Assembly: GCF_963921235.1 (NCBI RefSeq)
Contig: NC_086108.1
Coordinates: 112,904,001 to 112,968,000, forward strand
Length of the DNA stretch: 64,000 nucleotides
Direction of reading: 5' to 3'
DNA from: Mobula hypostoma
Lineage: Eukaryota
Part shown: piece after piece, positions 39,580-50,825 of the stretch
Position numbering within the stretch: the stretch's first letter is position 1
How the letters are laid out: each line of letters starts with the position of its first letter
Translations under genes and position numbers: made by a program
The notes under the pieces: model-generated
What the model was told of the DNA's origin: nothing
Databases searched by the model: none
What the model saw: only the letters and a program-made list of their open reading frames with translations

Positions 39580-40363
39580 AAAGCAGTGGCTGGTTGGCAG
39601 GAGGCAAATAGTGGGAATAAAGGGAAGCTTTTCTGATGGGCTGCTGATGACTGATGGTATTCTGTGGGGGGGTGTTGAGAGTGCTTCTTTTTATGTTGCA
39701 TGTTAATGATTTGGTTGATGGAATTAATGGATTTGTGGCTATTTGCAGATAATATGAGGATAGCTGGAGGGACACAATCTACCCCATTATGATCTTCACC
39801 TTACTGTCTACTACACTGTACTTTTTCTGTGACTGCAACAATTTTTTCTCAGCAATTCTGTTATTGCTTTTCCTAATGTACAACCTCAATGCATTGATGG
39901 ATGAAATAATCAGTATGAATGCCATGTAAAACATGGGTTTTCACTATAAACAAGGGATTCTGCAGTTGCTAGAAATCCAGAGTAACACACACAAAATGCT
40001 GGAGGAAATCAGCAGGTCAGGCACGATTTTTGGACGGGAATAAACAATCCACATTTTGGGCTGAGACTACACCTTCTCACTACATCTTAGTTCATGTGAC
40101 TATTATAAACCAATTTACCAATTTGGCTCCAAAACACCACCATCATATCTGCCTCCAGCATCACCCCTGGCAGAGAATTCTAGGCACTCACCACTCTGTT
40201 TAAAACACTTGCCCATTCAGACAACGTCCTGATAAGTCTCCTGCGCATTCTGTCAAATACAACCACATTGTTCCCATAACGGTGGCAACCGGAACTGCAG
40301 ACACCATTCTGTGTAGGCTACTGACAATCAGAAAGGCATCTGGCAAGAGAAGGATGTACCTAC

Positions 40364-40532
40364 CGTTGTGTAACTTATGGTCGCAATGGAGCAAATCTCG
40401 GCACATTCGAGCTGGGTGTTCCCTGGTTCCCAACGGGTTCTTGAGACTGTGCATCAGACTGTTGAGATTGTGAAGTGTTTTGAATATCTCTATGCCTTGC
40501 TCTAGGAAGGCAGTTTCAGTATTCTGATAGTT
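40364..40532 (-). CDS. col24a1: Collagen XXIV alpha-1-like C-propeptide exon (NYQNTETAFLEQGIEIFKTLHNLNSLMHSLKNPLGTREHPARMCRDLLHCDHKLHN)
   Basis: 169 nt (phase 0-1) with cacattttctgcAG acceptor and GTAGGT donor; COLFI motif P-x-G-T-x-x-x-PAR-x-C-x-DL with Cys1 and Cys2. Confidence 0.92.
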
Positions 40533-41277
40533 CTGCAGAAAATGTGAATCAAAGTGTGAAAAGAGGCAGAAAAAAACTGTTAGAGAGTCACAGGGTCATT
40601 CAGCACAGTGGCCAACCCTTCAGCCAAGCAGTTCAAGTTCAATTGTCATTCAACCATACATGAACACCCATGAATAGAGCCAAAAGAAACAGTGTTCATC
40701 TGGGGCCAAGGCGCAAGACACATTACCACCAGTCACACAGAGAACAAGGCACGGATAGTACATATAATTACAATTCCAGTAAACCCACAGTACAGGGCCC
40801 TTGGCCCATGATGTTGTGACAATCTTCTGACCTACTGTAAGATCAATCTAACCCTTCCCTTCTACATAACCCTCTATTTTTCTATTATTCAAATGCCTAT
40901 CTAAGTGTCTCTTAAATGACCCTGATGTATCTACAAACGTACATGCCTCTACCAGCACCCCTGGCAGCGTATTCCATTCTCCCACCACTCTCTGTGTCTA
41001 CGTAACGGGAATCTATCCGGCTGTTAAGATACTCTTGAAGTAACCTCTCATTTACTGAAAGATGAGCTTTTATTCTCCCAGTCTACCTTGTTATGACTCT
41101 TGAACTTTATTTGCCTGCCTCCACTTTCTCTGTAACTGCAACACTCTATTCTGTATTCTGTGTTCTTTTTACTGCCTCAGAGTGTTTGTGCGTGGAACGA
41201 TCTGTGTGGATAACATACAGACAAAAGCATTTAACTGTATCTCACCTAAGTAGACATTATAAACCAATTAGCAATAC

Positions 41278-41343
41278 CTCAAACTGGAGGGCTTCATTGC
41301 TTGCAATCAGGGCTTGAATTGCTGCGTTAATGTCCACATGTCT
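41278..41343 (-). CDS. col24a1: Collagen XXIV alpha-1-like exon (RHVDINAAIQALIASNEALQFE)
   Basis: 66 nt with tcttcattctgtAG acceptor and GTATTG donor. DINAAIQALI matches my recollection of the human COL24A1 post-helix linker (KQMDINAAIQALIESNTALQME). Confidence 0.88.
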
Positions 41344-42311
41344 CTACAGAATGAAGAGCAAAGATCAGTGAAGACTGAAGAGTATCTTTTCTCATCGACA
41401 AGAGTGTGGTATTGTCGAGTGGTACATTCCCCATCTCTCTCAGCACGCGGAGGTAGAGCTACTCCTGCAGATCTCAGCCATGGAGCATACTCCCAGATTT
41501 TAATTTCTTTATCATCAACATATTTATTTTTATTTTTAAAATTTTATTGAGATATAGTGCAGAATAGGGCCTTCTGTCCTGTCAAGCAATGCCACCCAGT
41601 CGCCCACGGTTTAATCCGAGCCTAATCACGGGACAGTTTACAATGACCAATTACCTACCAACCTTTATGTCTTTGGACTGTGGGAGGGAACTGGAGCACC
41701 CGAAGGACGTGGTCAAGGGGAGAGCGTACAAACTCTTTACAGACAGTGGCGGGATTTGAGTCTGGGTCACCTGTACCGTCAAGCATTGTGCTAACCACTA
41801 CGCTACCGTGCCATGCTGAGGATCTATCCTGGGCCCAACATATCCACACAGTTACAATGAAGGTACAATAGTGGCCTGTATTTCATTACGACTCCGAGGA
41901 GAGGTATGTCACCAAAGACAGTTGTAAATTTCTACTGATGTACCATGGAGAGCATTGTGACTGGTTGTATCACTGTCTGTATGGAGGGGTGACAGCACAG
42001 GATCGTAAAAAGCTGCAGAAAGTCATAATCATCCAGCTCCATCATGGGCACTGGCCTCCCCAGCAGTGAGAGCACCTTCAAAAGGTGATACCTCAAAAAG
42101 ATGGCATGGATCATTCAGCATCTGACAACCCAGAACGTGCCACCTTCTCATTGCTACCATCAAGGAGGCGGCGCAGGAGCCTGAAGACACTCACTCAGCG
42201 TTTCAGGATCGGCTTCTTCCCCTCCGCCATCGGATTTCTGAATGGACACTGAACCCATGAACACCACCTCACAACTTTTCCTTTTTTTTCCTTTTGCACA
42301 TTTTTAATTTT

Positions 42312-42342
<31 letters not shown>

Positions 42343-42602
42343 CATATAGACTTCTTACTGTAATTTACTGCTGCCACAAAACAAATTTCACAACATATGC
42401 TGATGATTTTAAACCTGATTCTCATTCCAATTGGGATGCGTTTATGATCATATACACCAGGGTACAATAAAATTCCTTGCCCAATTACAAAGCAGGCACG
42501 ACCACAGTTATATTTCATAAGGAGTTTGAGGAGATTTGGTACGTCACCAAAGACTATAGCAAATTTCTACAGATGTAATGTGGAGAGCATTCTGACTGGT
42601 TA

Positions 42603-43870
42603 TGTTGGATTTTGTGAAAAAAAAATGTGAGCGTTGTTTTATGTACTTAACAAAGGCTGCAGTCCTTTATTTCCATTACAAACAAGCCAAAAGCCATCGC
42701 CTTACACTGATGTCATTACCAGACACTGTCTTTCAAAGTGACCACAACAACTCAATGATGGTGTTTGTGAATTATGCAGAACAGTTTCTAAAAAAAACAA
42801 TATGTGTCATCTGTCACCCATTAATAATCCTGCACGGGTCCCCCCAGAATTCACCAAAACTGGCATTGTGAGTCTATCTGGAGCTGGTAGGAGCTGCCCG
42901 GCCTTGGTTGGAGTACCAACAGGTGCCTTTGGCTTGTCCAGGGGTGTGTTGACATTCACAACGTCATGTCATGATGCAGGGGGTATGGACAGGCTAACCA
43001 AACGGACGCCAGTAGACTACGGCAGGGTCTAAATGAGATCACTGGGCGCAAAGAAAAGGCTGGGAATATCAATAACTGTGGCGCTTCTCTTCCTGACGAA
43101 CTTAACGTATTCTACGCAAGATTCGAACAGAAGAGGAGCGTTAAATTTTTAATATTTACTAATTTTAACTATTTTTAATATTTTTAATATTTAATATTTG
43201 TAATCCAGGGAGTGTGAAGCGCAGATTCAAATATCGCTGTGATGATTGTACGTTCTAGTACCAATTGTTTGGCGACAATAAAGTGTAAACTATAAAGTAT
43301 GGTAGTGGAACCTTCCAGGTCTTGGTGGACCAGTTTAATATGAACTACAGGTTTACCCTTCTTATCTACAATAAAAGTCTTTCCACCCCATTCCAAAACG
43401 GGGGAGCGTCGATGTGCTTTATGGTGGACAAAAGCAATTGAGGTAGAAGTAGGTTAACTGGAACCCAAGAGTGCTGCATGTTATGATGAGACATAGGAAT
43501 AGGTTTAGAAGAATTGAGTTTACTGAGGAAGTGAAACGCTGCTGAGATGCCAACCAGATGGTCGTGATGTCAGGAATAAAATCACCCGGCACTTGTAGTG
43601 GCTGCCCGTACACCAACTCGACTGTGGAGGGCTGCTGGTCCTCTTTTAGAGGTGTTTCGGCCCCAGCAGGCCCCAGGGGAGATTATCATAACAACACTGG
43701 TCCATCGCGGGGCCCTCAGAGCAGCCTTTGAGGAACAGTAAAACAGCTCGCACAGGCCATTGGACTGCGGGTGATATGCCATGATGTGACGTAATTTAAC
43801 GCCAAGATTCTGGGCCAGTACAGCCCAGAGGTCTGTGGTGTTTTGGAGCTTATTTCCAACAATGAGCAGA
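42603..43870 (-). mobile_element. Second Gypsy remnant (integrase fragment, PPT, LTR 42603-42834), interrupted by a Rex1-like piece at about 43000-43290
   Basis: AYHPQSNGLCE and VYGQPLQVPGDFI integrase motifs; GGGGGG PPT just upstream of an LTR with termini TGCAGGATT...AATCCAACA; AATAAA inside the LTR. Confidence 0.7.
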
Positions 43871-43885
43871 AGTCAATGCCCTGAC

Positions 43886-44660
43886 ACCGTGGTGCCAAGA
43901 AAACAACCTCTCCCTCAATGTCGAGGAAATGAAGGAGTTGATCGCGGATTACAGGAGGAATGGAGACAGGCTAGACCTATCAACATCAGTGGGACTGTAG
44001 TTGAGAGGGTGAGTAGTTTCGAGGTCCTCGGAGAACACATCACCGAGGATCTCACCTGGACTGTACATCCAGCTGTGCGGTGAGAGAAGCACAGCAGCAC
44101 TTCTTTCACCTCAGATGGCAGAAGAAGTTTGGCCTGAGTACACAAATCCTCAGGACTTTCACCACTGAGAGCATCCCGACTGGCTGATCATCGCCTGGTA
44201 CGAGAACTGCACTGACTTTGATCGCTGGGCACTGCAGAGAGTGGTGCAGACAGCCTAGTGCATCTGTGGATGTGACTTTTCCTCTATTCAGGACATTTAC
44301 AGCAGCAGGTGTGTAAAAAGGGCCCAGATAATCATCAGGGGCTCCAGTCACCCCAATCACAAACTGCTTCTGTTGCTACCGTCTGGCAAACAGTACCACA
44401 GCATTAGGACCAGGGCCAACAGGTTCCGGGACAGCTTCTTTCACCAGGCCATCAGACTGATCAATACACATTGATCTGGTTGCACATCTGACTGTACATA
44501 CATGTATACAGACAATTATGTATACAATCATAGTGTTTGGGCAACATCTTCCCACATTTCCCATCTTTATTGCTTGTACGTAGCGATGGAGGTGCAAGAT
44601 AAAGATTTTTACTCCCTCTTGGCAAAACGGATGTAAGAAATAAAAAAAATCTAATTCTGA
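43886..44660 (+). mobile_element. Rex1/Babar-like LINE 3' fragment
   Basis: NNLSLNV, VERVSSFEVLGEHITEDLTW and downstream segments homologous to the copy at 53680-55180. Confidence 0.7.
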
Positions 44661-44846
44661 AAACTAAGCTAATTGAACAGTATTTTGAAACAAATGAAAT
44701 AGCCAATGAGAAATGAATACCAAGTAAAGGCATAAAGTTTGCTTAGGATTTTGACTGCTCCAACCAAACCATGAGCTTTGCTGATATTGTGAAACTAATG
44801 CAGGAACACTTTCAGCCAAAACCATTGTTGATTGCAGAACACTTTA

Positions 44847-45157
44847 TAACCATATAACAATTACAGCACGGAAACAGGCCATCTCGGCCCTTCTAGTCCG
44901 TGCCGGACTCTTACTCTCACCTATTCCCACCGACCTGCACTCAGCCCATAACCCTTCATTCCTTTTCTGTCCATATAGCTGTCCAATTTAACTTTAAATG
45001 ACAACATCAAACCTGCCTCAACCACTTCCGCTGGGTTGGACCAGCATATCACAGCTCTCAACTATGCTGCAAAATAATAATCTCTAAGAGAAGGTAGGCC
45101 CCATCCCCCCTTTTCCTTGGCTAATTGCAAAGTTTTGAGATGAACCCTAGGCCTTTT
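44847..45157 (-). mobile_element. Chimeric retro-insertion: L1 ORF2 fragment fused to a CR1 3' end
   Basis: ACTTTA duplicated at 44841-44846 and 45158-45163. 44847-45034 is a CR1 3' end and tail. 45032-45157 translates on the minus strand as KRPRVHLKTLQLAKEKGGWGLPSLRDYYFAA*LRAVICW. Confidence 0.75.
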
Positions 45158-45786
45158 ACTTTAGATTTCATAAGTGAAATCAAAAGGAAAGGGAGTCCAT
45201 TTCAGCGTACGTAGCTGAATTGAAGAAGTTGTTTGAGCGTTGTCAGTTCAGTGATGATCTTAATGATACACAAAGAGATTGTTTAGTTTGTGGAAGCTTA
45301 CCAAAAATATTCAAGAATGGTTCCTAACTGAAGCACAACTTACATTTAAAAGAGCAGTTGAAATTGCTGTATCAATGGAAACAGCAGACAGAGATGCAAC
45401 TGAAAGTGAGCATAATAAAATTACAACATCTAAACAGAAAATGACTGGCTGAACGAATAGCATTATCATTGTGGCAGGGGCTCACATACACCAGACCAAC
45501 GCAGATTTAAAGGTGAAACTTGCAGAAAATGCAACAAAGTCGGCAGAAAAAAATAAATGGACTGCACAAGGAAGAGAAAAGGCTATAAAGTCAAGTTGTA
45601 GTTTCAAAAAAAGCACTAGTCTGCATGCTGAGAACACTACAACTTGATTGGAGATCCAATCACCAACTGTATGCCACATCCCCTGCAACAGAGTCAACTG
45701 AAAAAGAATTAAGGAAAGAACTGGATGATGCCATAACTGTCTCCATGCTGTACACCATGAACCTCTACACAACGGAGGACAAGCAG

Positions 45787-46323
45787 GCCTTGATACCAAT
45801 CTTTGTGCCTCTGGTTCGAAAGCATATTGAACCATGGAAGGACTATGCTGTTCAGAGGAAGCGTAAAAGTGACAAAGGCAGTGGACCGACTAGAACAGTT
45901 TTTGTAGGTAACATATCTGAGAAAGTTTCTGATATGCTATTTAGACAGTTACTTCTGAAATGTGGCTTGGTTTTAAGCTGGAAGAGGTTTCATGGACACT
46001 CTGGAAACTTGCAAGCATTCGGCTGTTGTGAGTATAAAGAACCAGAATCTACTCTATGTGCATTAAGATTATTGCGTGAACTTCAAGTGGGAGACAAAAT
46101 GCTGTTTGTAAAAGTAGACTCAAAGACCAAAGCACAGATGGATGAATGGAAGGTTGAAGAGAAAGTAGTCAACGGAGATATGAAAACAGGATTGGTCAGA
46201 TCATGTGCACGAGGAAACCAAGAGGAGAGATCAGATTGTAAACGATTAAGAGAATACTCCAGTGAACCAAATGCACCTTCCCAAGATCAAGATGCACAAA
46301 CTAGAAAAAGAAAAAGGAAGAAG
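45787..46323 (+). pseudogene. rbm25: Intronless RBM25 mRNA-derived fragment (RRM and following region)
   Basis: Translation GPTRTVFVGNISEKVSDMLFRQLLLKCGLVLSWKR...QAFGCCEYKEPESTLCALRLL...KVDSKTKAQMDEWK...REYSSEPNAPSQ matches the RBM25 N-terminal RRM as recalled; EETKRRDQ appears in an alternative frame near 46215-46240. Confidence 0.88.
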
Positions 46324-46636
46324 CTGTCCAGAGTGGTCAGAATCATTTCCTGCAGTCTCAGAGTCGTTGTCTACAATCACCATGGAGGAGGCCCCAGATT
46401 GTTTCACAGCCACAAATCTCACCTGCCAAGCAGAGTGACCCCCCTTGTCAGGAAAGACGTTATTCCACAAGAGTAAGAAAGCCCCCATGGTGATTAAATC
46501 TTTAAGCCTGAATGGGACAATTTAAAATTTACTGTGCTGTGGATGTCTGTATAGTGGCTGTATTATATAGTATCCTGTGTATATAGTTGAAATTCATTCT
46601 ATATTGAGTTGGAGTTTATAGCTAAGCAGGGAGGAG

Positions 46637-46886
46637 TATTGTGTATTTAATATTTTAGTAGTATTTGCATAATATTGTAAACGTGTTGTTTGATAAAGCA
46701 TTCTTATTGTTTAAATAATTCATTCCGGGTTGTATGTAAGAAATACGTGAATTGCTTATGTCATCACGCTACCATGTGACATGTATACGCCCGGCTAAGA
46801 GTAAAACAAGACTAACATACTCGCATCTCTCAGTCCTGTCTTTTCCTTCAAATTAATTTGATATTCTGAAGTTACAAAACGTAACA
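46637..46886 (+). repeat. 3' LTR of the Gypsy element
   Basis: Starts immediately after the PPT (TATTGT, a decayed TGTT..) and ends ...AAAACGTAACA; about 250 bp, AT-rich. Confidence 0.65.
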
Positions 46887-46959
46887 ACTCTTTTTAAAAA
46901 TGTATTGCAAAGTAGAGCTGCTGTAAAACAACAAATTTCACAACCTACGCTGGTGATAT

Positions 46960-47157
46960 CAAGCAACACACATAAAAAATGCTGGTGAACGCAGTAGGCC
47001 AGGCGGCATCTATAGGAAGAGGTACATTCCTGACGAAGGGTCTCGGACCGAAACATCCACAGCACCTCTTCCTAGAGATGCTGCCTGGCCTGCTGCGTTC
47101 ACCAGCAACTCTAATGTGTGTTGCTTGAAATTCCAGCCTCTGCAGATTTCCTCGTGT
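46960..47157. mobile_element. Palindromic Penelope pseudo-LTR insertion with a hammerhead in the loop
   Basis: About 65-bp inverted arms (46961-47026 and 47062-47127); CTGACGA...GAAA core between them; TSD TGGTGATAT at 46951-46959 and 47158-47166. Confidence 0.75.
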
Positions 47158-47934
47158 TGGTGATATTAAGCCTGATTCTGAATGAAGAGCCTCATTGTTG
47201 CTTTTCCCATTCCCATTGCAGCTGATTGACATGGAGAACAACATGTCATCAGAGAAGATTAGACGAGCTCTATTTGTCACGTTACATTGAAATGTCGAAA
47301 CATACTGTGAAAGGCATCGTTTGCATCAAATCAAATCAGCAGGGATGTGCTGGGGCAGCCCACAAGTGTCGTCACGCTTCCGGTGCCAAAGTAGCACGCT
47401 CACAACTAACCCTGACCCATACGTCTTCTGAACGTGGGAGGAAATCGGACAACAGGGAAGAAACCCACGCGGTCACGGGGAGAATGTACAAACTCCTTAC
47501 AGACAGCAGCGGGAACTGAACCTGGTCGTTGGCACTGTAAAGCCTTGTGCTAACTATTATGCCACTGTGCCACCTTGCTGCTGAGTGGAAACTCTGCAAA
47601 CTCCCTGTCAGTGAGATGGATGACGATGCTTTCTGCTTCTCCACTGAATACAAACTCCTGGCCACCGGCTACGACGCGTCCTTGTTTGGACAGAACCAGA
47701 ACATCCCAAGAATTCAAACTATTCATCTTAACAGAGAGTTTTTACACAAAACCATCAATGGCGAGATTTATATGTGAAGCATGCCTTGAAAGGATCTACA
47801 GTGCACAAGTCACATCATGCTGATAGCACCAAACTCAAAAATATTATTCCTCTGGGGCTCTTTCTGTCATTCCGGAATGTGCAGAAATATTAATTCCTGC
47901 ACATTTCAGCAGATTCCAAAATGAAGGAGAGAGC

Positions 47935-48230
47935 CCCTCCTGCTTCCTTTTCTCCATGGTTCATTCTCCTCTCCTATTAGATTCCTTCTTCTCCAACCCT
48001 TTGCCTTTTTCAGCTTTCACCTTCCAGCTTCTTTCTTCAACCCTCTCTTGGCTTTGCTTATCACTGTCCAGCTTGTCCTTCTTCCCCTCCCACCAGCTTC
48101 TTATTCTGGCATCTTCCCCCTTCCTTTCCAGTCCTGATAAAGGGTCTCAGCCTGAAATGTGGACTGTTTATTCTCCTCCATAGATGCCGTCTGACCTGCT
48201 GAGTTCCTCCAGCATTTTGTGTGTGTTGCT
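47935..48230 (+). mobile_element. Penelope-like 3' UTR fragment with a mutated hammerhead
   Basis: Homologous to 28900-29200; the core at 48129-48166 reads CTGATAA and the triplet is GTG. Confidence 0.65.
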
Positions 48231-48825
48231 CAGGGAAACTCATTGCCTTTTTCCCTGACGGGTTGCAGCTACTAATTTGTAAACTGGAGATAGCTGGTGT
48301 CAAGGTTGTTGGCAGTAGGTGTTGGTGCGTATAATGCTGTTGGGGCAGTATAGTGGTTACAGCAACGCTGTTACATCATCAGCAACCCAGGTTCAAACCC
48401 CACTGCTGTCTGTAAGGAGTTTGTACCTTTTACCCGTGACCGAGTGGGTTTCCTCTGAGTGATTCCAGAGATGTATGGGTTAGTTGGTTATTTGATCATA
48501 TGGGCGATTGGCATGCTTGTCAGTCTTTGAGTGTCGTTTTTCATCAGTTCCATTGTATTTTTCCATTCTACTGTGAATGCCCTCAAGAAAATGAACCTGA
48601 AGGTGGTATATGGTGATTGGGCAGCCAGGTTTGTTGAGCAAGAAGGGTCTGTTACTGCGATGAATCTCTAAACTAAAATAAGTAAATAAATAATATCTCT
48701 GAGGGGCACTTGGCACAGCCTTCAGATCGGGGACATTGCTAGTTTCCCTTTTCAACACAAGACTTTGGCTGGAACCAAAGCAGCTCCATACAGATACGAC
48801 AAGTAGGAGAGTGGGTCTTGCTTAC

Positions 48826-48852
48826 CAGAGGTCCTGGGACACCGGGGAGGCC
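48826..48852 (-). CDS. col24a1: Collagen XXIV alpha-1-like, last triple-helix exon (GLPGVPGPL)
   Basis: 27-nt exon with tatttcattccAG acceptor and GTAAGC donor; in frame with its neighbours. Confidence 0.9.
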
Positions 48853-48954
48853 CTGGAATGAAATAGACAGATTTATTGCAATCTCTTTAAACAGATTGAA
48901 AGGGAAGTAGAATCCACATAATGCTTTCAGCGAGTGAAAGGAATCTGTACTCAC

Positions 48955-48990
48955 AGGAGGCCCAGGATGCCCTCGAGGTCCTTCAGGTCC
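48955..48990 (-). CDS. col24a1: Collagen XXIV alpha-1-like, triple-helix exon (GPEGPRGHPGPP)
   Basis: 36-nt Gly-X-Y exon with ttcattcattcccAG acceptor and GTGAGT donor; phase 0-0. Confidence 0.9.
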
Positions 48991-50825
48991 CTGGGAATGA
49001 ATGAAAACATTTCCACTTATTTCCTCATTTTACTTCCCCTCCTTTATTTCACGTAGGTGCAGTGTGGAACAAGCTTTTCCAGCCCACTGAACTGCGTCAC
49101 CCAGCAACCACCAATTTAACCCTAGACTAATCACAGGACCACTTACAATCACCAATCACTGACTAACCTGTACGTCTTTGAACTGTGGAAGGAAACCAGA
49201 GTACCCAGATGAAACCCAAGCACACAGGGGCAGAAAATACAGACTTTCTTACAGATGATGCTGGAATTGAGCTGCAAATCCCAATGCCCTGAGCTGTAAT
49301 AGTGTCACACTAACCACTATGCTACCGTGGCACCCCTAATCTTGATTATAGTCTGGAACCACAAGCTAAATGCGGACTATTTGGTCTGCCTTTTGCACGT
49401 TTTCCCTTGGACTGGTCTCCCTCTGCCATCCCAGACCCCTCCAACACTTGTATTCTTGAGTCACACAGCACAGAACCGCATGGTCACACTGAAGTGTTAT
49501 TCAGCCTAGTCCCACTGATCTGCACCCAGAGCACAGCCCTCCACTCGCCACCCATCCATGTACCTGTCCAAACTCTTTCTTAGATGTTGTAATCGACCCT
49601 GCATCCACCACCTCCACTGGCAGCTTACTCCACACTTTCACCACCCTCCGAGTGAAGAAGTTCTCCTCATGTTCCTCTCAGATATTTTACCTTTCACCCT
49701 TAACCCACCAGCTCTAGTTGTAGTCACACCCAACCTCAGTGGGAAATGTCTGCTTGCATTTACCCTAACATTACCCCTCATAGTTTTGTATCTCTCTATA
49801 AAATCTCCCCTTATTCTCCTATGCCCCAGGGACCGAAGTCCTAACCTCTACAACGCGTGTTGTCAAAGACAGTGTTTTACCACGTTGCATTCAAATAACT
49901 GCCACGTGCCTAAACTTGCGATAAATTCTGAAAAGAGAACATTTGCCAACTTTTTCAGAGAACGGTACATGAATGATTTCAAAACAATGTACAGAGTTTC
50001 TTTGTATGGAGAAATTTTCTCTGTACTCTTTCAATCTTATTGATATATTTCCTGTCAGTAGGTGACCAGAACTGCACGCGACACTCCAAATTAGGCCTCA
50101 CCAGCACTTTATACAACTTCACCACAACAAACACAACTCCTGTTCTCAGTACTTTGATGTCCAAAAAGCTTTCTTCATGACCCTATCTCGATGTTATGCC
50201 ACTTCCAAGTAAATGTGGGGCTGTATTCCCCGATTCCTCAGTTCTTCCACACTCCTCAGGGCCTTACCAATCACCGTGGTTTGTCCTCCCAAAGTGCAAC
50301 ACCTCACACTTATCTGCATTAAATTCCATCTGTCATTTTTTTCAGCCCATTTTTCCAGCTGGTTCAGATTTTTTCTCCTGTGAATTTATATATGTCGCCT
50401 CAGTGGGATTTATAAAACTATCTGATAATAGGGTAATTAAGAAGGTGCACAATATGTTGGCTTTCATTAGCTGGGGATTGAGTTCAAGAGCCATGAGGTA
50501 ATGTTGCAGCTCCATAAAACCCTGGGAGTATTGTGTTCAGTTCTGGTCATCTCATTATAGGATGGATATGGAAGATTCAGAGAAGGTGCAGAGGAGATTT
50601 ACCAGGATGCTGTCTGGATTAGAGAACAGGTCTTATGAGGATAGGTTGAGCGAGCTAGGGCTTTTCCCTCTGGAGCAAAAGAGGAAGAGAAGTGACTTGA
50701 TAGAGGTGTGGAAGATTATAAGAGGTATAAATTGAATGGATAGACAGAGACTTTTTCCCAGGGTAGAAATGACTAATACTGAGACGGTTTAATTTTAAAG
50801 TGATTAGAGTCAGACAATCCATACC

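Larger units (their letters stand above)
30650..39775 (+). mobile_element. Old CR1 LINE (ORF1 esterase and ORF2), interrupted by an RTE (about 31081-35270) and an L1 (37608-39579)
   Basis: ORF1 AVVMGGSIVRG/HLAGAR at 30808-30990 resumes at about 35275 (DLFWER..DGFLLN); ORF2 fragments at 35730-37607 and 39580-39775. Confidence 0.75.
44668..46886 (+). mobile_element. Decayed Ty3/Gypsy LTR retrotransposon (gag, short pol remnants, PPT, 3' LTR) carrying an RBM25 fragment
   Basis: Gag motifs YFETNEI, PKPLLIAEHF|RFHK, ESISAYVAELKKL, DCLVCG, LTFKRAVEIAVSME; degenerate zinc knuckles (HCGRGSH, CRKCNK) near 45465-45540; purine tract AAGCAGGGAGGAG at 46624-46636 followed by an LTR-like segment. No 5' LTR seen. 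Confidence 0.8.

Noticed and set aside
45625..46476. Functional rbm25 gene
   Set aside because: Partial (no RE/RD-rich or PWI region), intronless, internally frameshifted and embedded in an LTR element.
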